Assembly: GCA_963704645.1 (NCBI GenBank)
Contig: OY969926.1
Coordinates: 128,001-192,000, forward strand
Origin: an uncultured bacterium
Lineage (GTDB): Bacteria; Patescibacteriota; JACMRA01
Direction: 5' to 3'
Length of the DNA: 64,000 nucleotides
A program made the translations under genes and the position numbers. Under the pieces are notes generated by a model. The model was not told where the DNA came from and searched no databases. It worked only from the letters and a program-made list of their open reading frames with translations. Shown in pieces: positions 60,901 to 64,000 of the stretch (position 1 is its first letter; each line of letters begins with the position of its first letter).

Positions 60901-62418
60901 ATGAGTAAACACTCTCCTATTTCTAAACTAACCCACCTTAAATTAGGGCAGGGTAATTCTGAACCAAGAAACTTTGGCAATAAAACACCATTACAGGCCA
61001 GGCCAGAAGTGGCAATCTCTCAAGAAGAGATAACTGGCTTAAATCAGTCTAAACACGAAATGAAAAACATGGAGAGTGTTGAAAAAGTTGATGTTGAAAT
61101 GAACAAAGCAGACGAATGGTCTTTCCCAACTAGTAATCATTCTCAGTTTACAAAAAAGTTTGCCGAAGAAGAAACTATACCTACAACTAATAAAGTTCGT
61201 TTGCCTAAGTTTTTAGAGCAAAACAAAATAATTCAAAGTGTTACAAACAACATTGATAGTGATGTAAAAATGCTTCCTTTTAGCGGAAATAATGAAAACC
61301 CAAACTCTTTCAGCTCTATTTTTAGTAAAGATCACGAGGAAATAACTGGAATTAGAAGAGTTTTTAGGAAGTCGTTAATATTTTTAGTTTTGCATATTCT
61401 TTCATTGCTATTGCTTGCTTGGACAGGTTTAACTTTGTTTACAGTCAACCCAATTATTAGCTTAGTAAGTTTTGTTGTTTTTGCAGCAGTTACTAATCTT
61501 TTTTATATAATTGTTGCTGACAGAAGTTATGTTAGTTTAAGCCTTGTAGGCTCTGCTGTAGGGCTACTTTTAATATATAGTTTCTTAGGTCAAGCTTTTA
61601 ACCCTGTAAGTTTAGCTGGCGTAGCAATTGTGAGTTTGCTTTTTTATATTGCATACAGCGAAATAGAGAAAGTGCAGCTTAGTAGCAGACTATTTACTAT
61701 ATCAAATATAGTTGGCTCTGGGACAAGAATTCTAATGAGTGCTGGTATATTGGTTCTAGCCCTAACCATGTTTAACCAAATGCTGTCAGAAAAAAGTGCT
61801 AACTTTATTAACAGAACAATATTAAACAATGAATTAATAATATCTAAATTAATTGTTGGAGAAGGCTCACCTGTTTCTTTAAATAGGCTTACAATGAACG
61901 GCGCCGCTTTTTATTCTACTTTAGAAACAAATGCAACTAAAACTACATTTAAAGATTTTCTTGCAACAAATTATAGAAGAGGTGAAGATGTAGTAAGCAA
62001 AAATGAAGAGCCTGAAATAATTATTTCTTGTGAAAACCAAAAAGGGTCTGGGAAATGTGGAAATGCAGTTGTAGAAGCTAGAAATGAAAGACTGGAAAAG
62101 TTCAGATCGGAAAACTATGCTGGTTTACCTTATAACCTTGACACATCTTTGAACACAGACAATTTCAGAGAAATAAGTAAGCAATATTATTTAAACATAA
62201 TTAATGAATTTGATAGTGGAAGCAATATTATTATTCCAAGAGTTTATCTACTTCCAGGAATCTTTGCCCTATTAATTTACATTTTGCTAAGTCTTATTTC
62301 TCCAATACTTTCTATTATAATTCAATTTCTTACATGGTCAGGTTGGCAAATTATGAAAGTTACTGGATTTGCTAAAATTGAAGTAGAGACAGTAGAATCT
62401 GAAGTTGTTAGTATTTAA
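60901..62418 (+). CDS. polytopic membrane hypothetical protein
   Basis: Disordered N-terminus, about five TMs, soluble loop, C-terminal TM. Confidence 0.7.
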   Translation: MSKHSPISKLTHLKLGQGNSEPRNFGNKTPLQARPEVAISQEEITGLNQSKHEMKNMESVEKVDVEMNKADEWSFPTSNHSQFTKKFAEEETIPTTNKVRLPKFLEQNKIIQSVTNNIDSDVKMLPFSGNNENPNSFSSIFSKDHEEITGIRRVFRKSLIFLVLHILSLLLLAWTGLTLFTVNPIISLVSFVVFAAVTNLFYIIVADRSYVSLSLVGSAVGLLLIYSFLGQAFNPVSLAGVAIVSLLFYIAYSEIEKVQLSSRLFTISNIVGSGTRILMSAGILVLALTMFNQMLSEKSANFINRTILNNELIISKLIVGEGSPVSLNRLTMNGAAFYSTLETNATKTTFKDFLATNYRRGEDVVSKNEEPEIIISCENQKGSGKCGNAVVEARNERLEKFRSENYAGLPYNLDTSLNTDNFREISKQYYLNIINEFDSGSNIIIPRVYLLPGIFALLIYILLSLISPILSIIIQFLTWSGWQIMKVTGFAKIEVETVESEVVSI

Positions 62419-62437
62419 TAATTGTTTAAACTACAGG

Positions 62438-64000
62438 TTATTTAATCATTTTCTCACCACTAATTTGATGATAGTATTCCACCATTTGGTTATTCTGATT
62501 TACAAAGCTTACTTTGACAGAATATTTCTTTAGCGGGTTTAAAGTTGGCTCTTTTATTGTAATAGAATTGTCTGTGGAGGCTTGGAATTTGTACTGTCTA
62601 TCCCCGTCAAAAACTATGGCTTCAGGCTGACCGAGTGTAGAAGCCAAAACCTGTATTGTGCAGCCTAAATCGCTGTTACACCACAAAACATCATCTTTAT
62701 TGCTTGTTACAAGGTATGTGAACTCTTTTAAAATAAAGTTTCCATCTAATAATTGAATTGTGTAGTTACCAACCGCACCACCAACTTCTACATAACAAAC
62801 ATCACCTTGCCAATGAGTAAGAAGAATTTTTGTATCTGCCCTATCTGATAACTGTCTTACATTGCAGCTATTAGATTTAAAACTAAATGTTTCAAAACTA
62901 CCTTCTGACAAAATGTTACTTCCATCTAATAAAGTAATGTTTTCTGGAATATTAGAAATATCATACTTGCCCAAGAATGTTGAGATTACATTGGTTCTGC
63001 TAACTGATATTGGGCTAGATTTAGCTTCTATTGCCAGTTCTAAAATTTGACCTCCTAAAACAGATCTAAGATCGTTAGTATCTAGCTTGTTGGCTGACAG
63101 AGATAGGTTAGACAAACCTTCAGTAATTTCAACATCAGAAATTTTACCGTTATAAGATAATCTTAATTTACCACTTTTAATTGGTAAACCAAACTTATCT
63201 AAGATAGGACTAGTTAATATTTGATAATCTAATTCTTGATTATTCCCAATTCTTGTGCTTGCACCCATAGCAAAAATATTTCCAGCTTCACCACTCGTTA
63301 AATTAACTATTGAATTAAATGTTTTAGTTCCTGCAGTAATTTTAACAAGAGCTTGCTTTGTGTTTCTATATTGAGTTAAATCCCAATCTAAATTGCACTT
63401 TTTGTTAGCATTATCGTAAGGCATGGAAGTACTGGCAACTTCAGTTTCAGATTTCACCCATTCAAAATTACAATTGGCAATTTCTTCCTCAAAACCACCC
63501 ATACTAATTTTTAGCTTGCTATCACCATTTAATTCTTTAGGTATATTTGGTAATATTAACTTATCGTCTTCTACAACTGTAAAAGATTGACTCATTAACA
63601 AATTTCCGTCTGCTGCAAAAGCTTGAATTTGTAAATTATCTTGACTGAACAAACTAGATGGTAAAACTATTTTAGCAAAACCATTAATAATATCTACAGG
63701 CTGAGTTGTTTGCACAAGTTCAGAGGATCTGGTTACTTCAATTTTAACTCCAAACTGGTTGGTTAAGTTTCCAAAACTATCTGTAACAGGACCAATAATT
63801 AAAGTATTGGCAAAATTTCTATGCGCTGGTTCATACTCTAATTTCAAACCGCCAAAACTAGTAGCTCCATTTGCGAATACATTAAATTGCTTGCTTTGAC
63901 TGTATTCTGGGAAGCTAATTAAAGCAGGGCCACTTTGCACCAATTGATTATTCTGTGTTACCACTTTACACACACCATCCTGCAAATTTCCCTTAAGTTC
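62438..64000 (-). CDS. 3' part of a large beta-rich surface protein (runs off window end)
   Basis: Open frame over 515 aa reaching the window edge; beta-strand-rich with paired Cys. Confidence 0.65.
   Translation of the reverse strand, partial: ELKGNLQDGVCKVVTQNNQLVQSGPALISFPEYSQSKQFNVFANGATSFGGLKLEYEPAHRNFANTLIIGPVTDSFGNLTNQFGVKIEVTRSSELVQTTQPVDIINGFAKIVLPSSLFSQDNLQIQAFAADGNLLMSQSFTVVEDDKLILPNIPKELNGDSKLKISMGGFEEEIANCNFEWVKSETEVASTSMPYDNANKKCNLDWDLTQYRNTKQALVKITAGTKTFNSIVNLTSGEAGNIFAMGASTRIGNNQELDYQILTSPILDKFGLPIKSGKLRLSYNGKISDVEITEGLSNLSLSANKLDTNDLRSVLGGQILELAIEAKSSPISVSRTNVISTFLGKYDISNIPENITLLDGSNILSEGSFETFSFKSNSCNVRQLSDRADTKILLTHWQGDVCYVEVGGAVGNYTIQLLDGNFILKEFTYLVTSNKDDVLWCNSDLGCTIQVLASTLGQPEAIVFDGDRQYKFQASTDNSITIKEPTLNPLKKYSVKVSFVNQNNQMVEYYHQISGEKMIK

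Noticed and set aside
4106-63050. Many 60-190 aa antisense ORFs in the track (e.g. 39353..39937, 31141..31488, 9581..9940, 21542..21733)
   Set aside because: They overlap well-supported genes on the other strand or frame and look like codon-bias shadows
1-64000. Genetic code 4 or 25 (TGA as Trp or Gly)
   Set aside because: No conserved gene is interrupted by TGA under code 11; TGA looks unused rather than reassigned

Overview
AT-rich bacterial chromosomal window, most consistent with a reduced Patescibacteria/CPR-type genome (inference from no rpmD/L30 in the spc region, very divergent ribosomal proteins, short EF-Ts, almost no Shine-Dalgarno motifs and many orphan membrane proteins). Housekeeping content is a rearranged S10-spc ribosomal cluster (with tsf, rplY, tRNA-Ile, rpoA, pgk), zur-znuACB, hsp20, ychF, mnmA, ruvA, ftsH, dnaE, ppa, secG and rpsA. 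Accessory content is a PA14-domain surface protein followed by tandem membrane-anchored paralogs, a frameshifted giant Rhs gene with immunity and decayed orphan modules, a complete IS481-family element inserted in a REP-like palindrome, and a divergently arranged PIN/2xRHH toxin-antitoxin-like locus. The best candidate for an undescribed system is a three-gene divergent cassette present twice (about 14.1-15.7 kb and 37.1-38.8 kb): two paralogous ~175-180 aa acidic proteins facing away from a small His-motif protein, with a shared spacer that is better conserved than the genes. Also striking: none of the 76 genes I accept ends in TGA and none contains in-frame TGA. All calls were made by eye from motifs; no database search was run.
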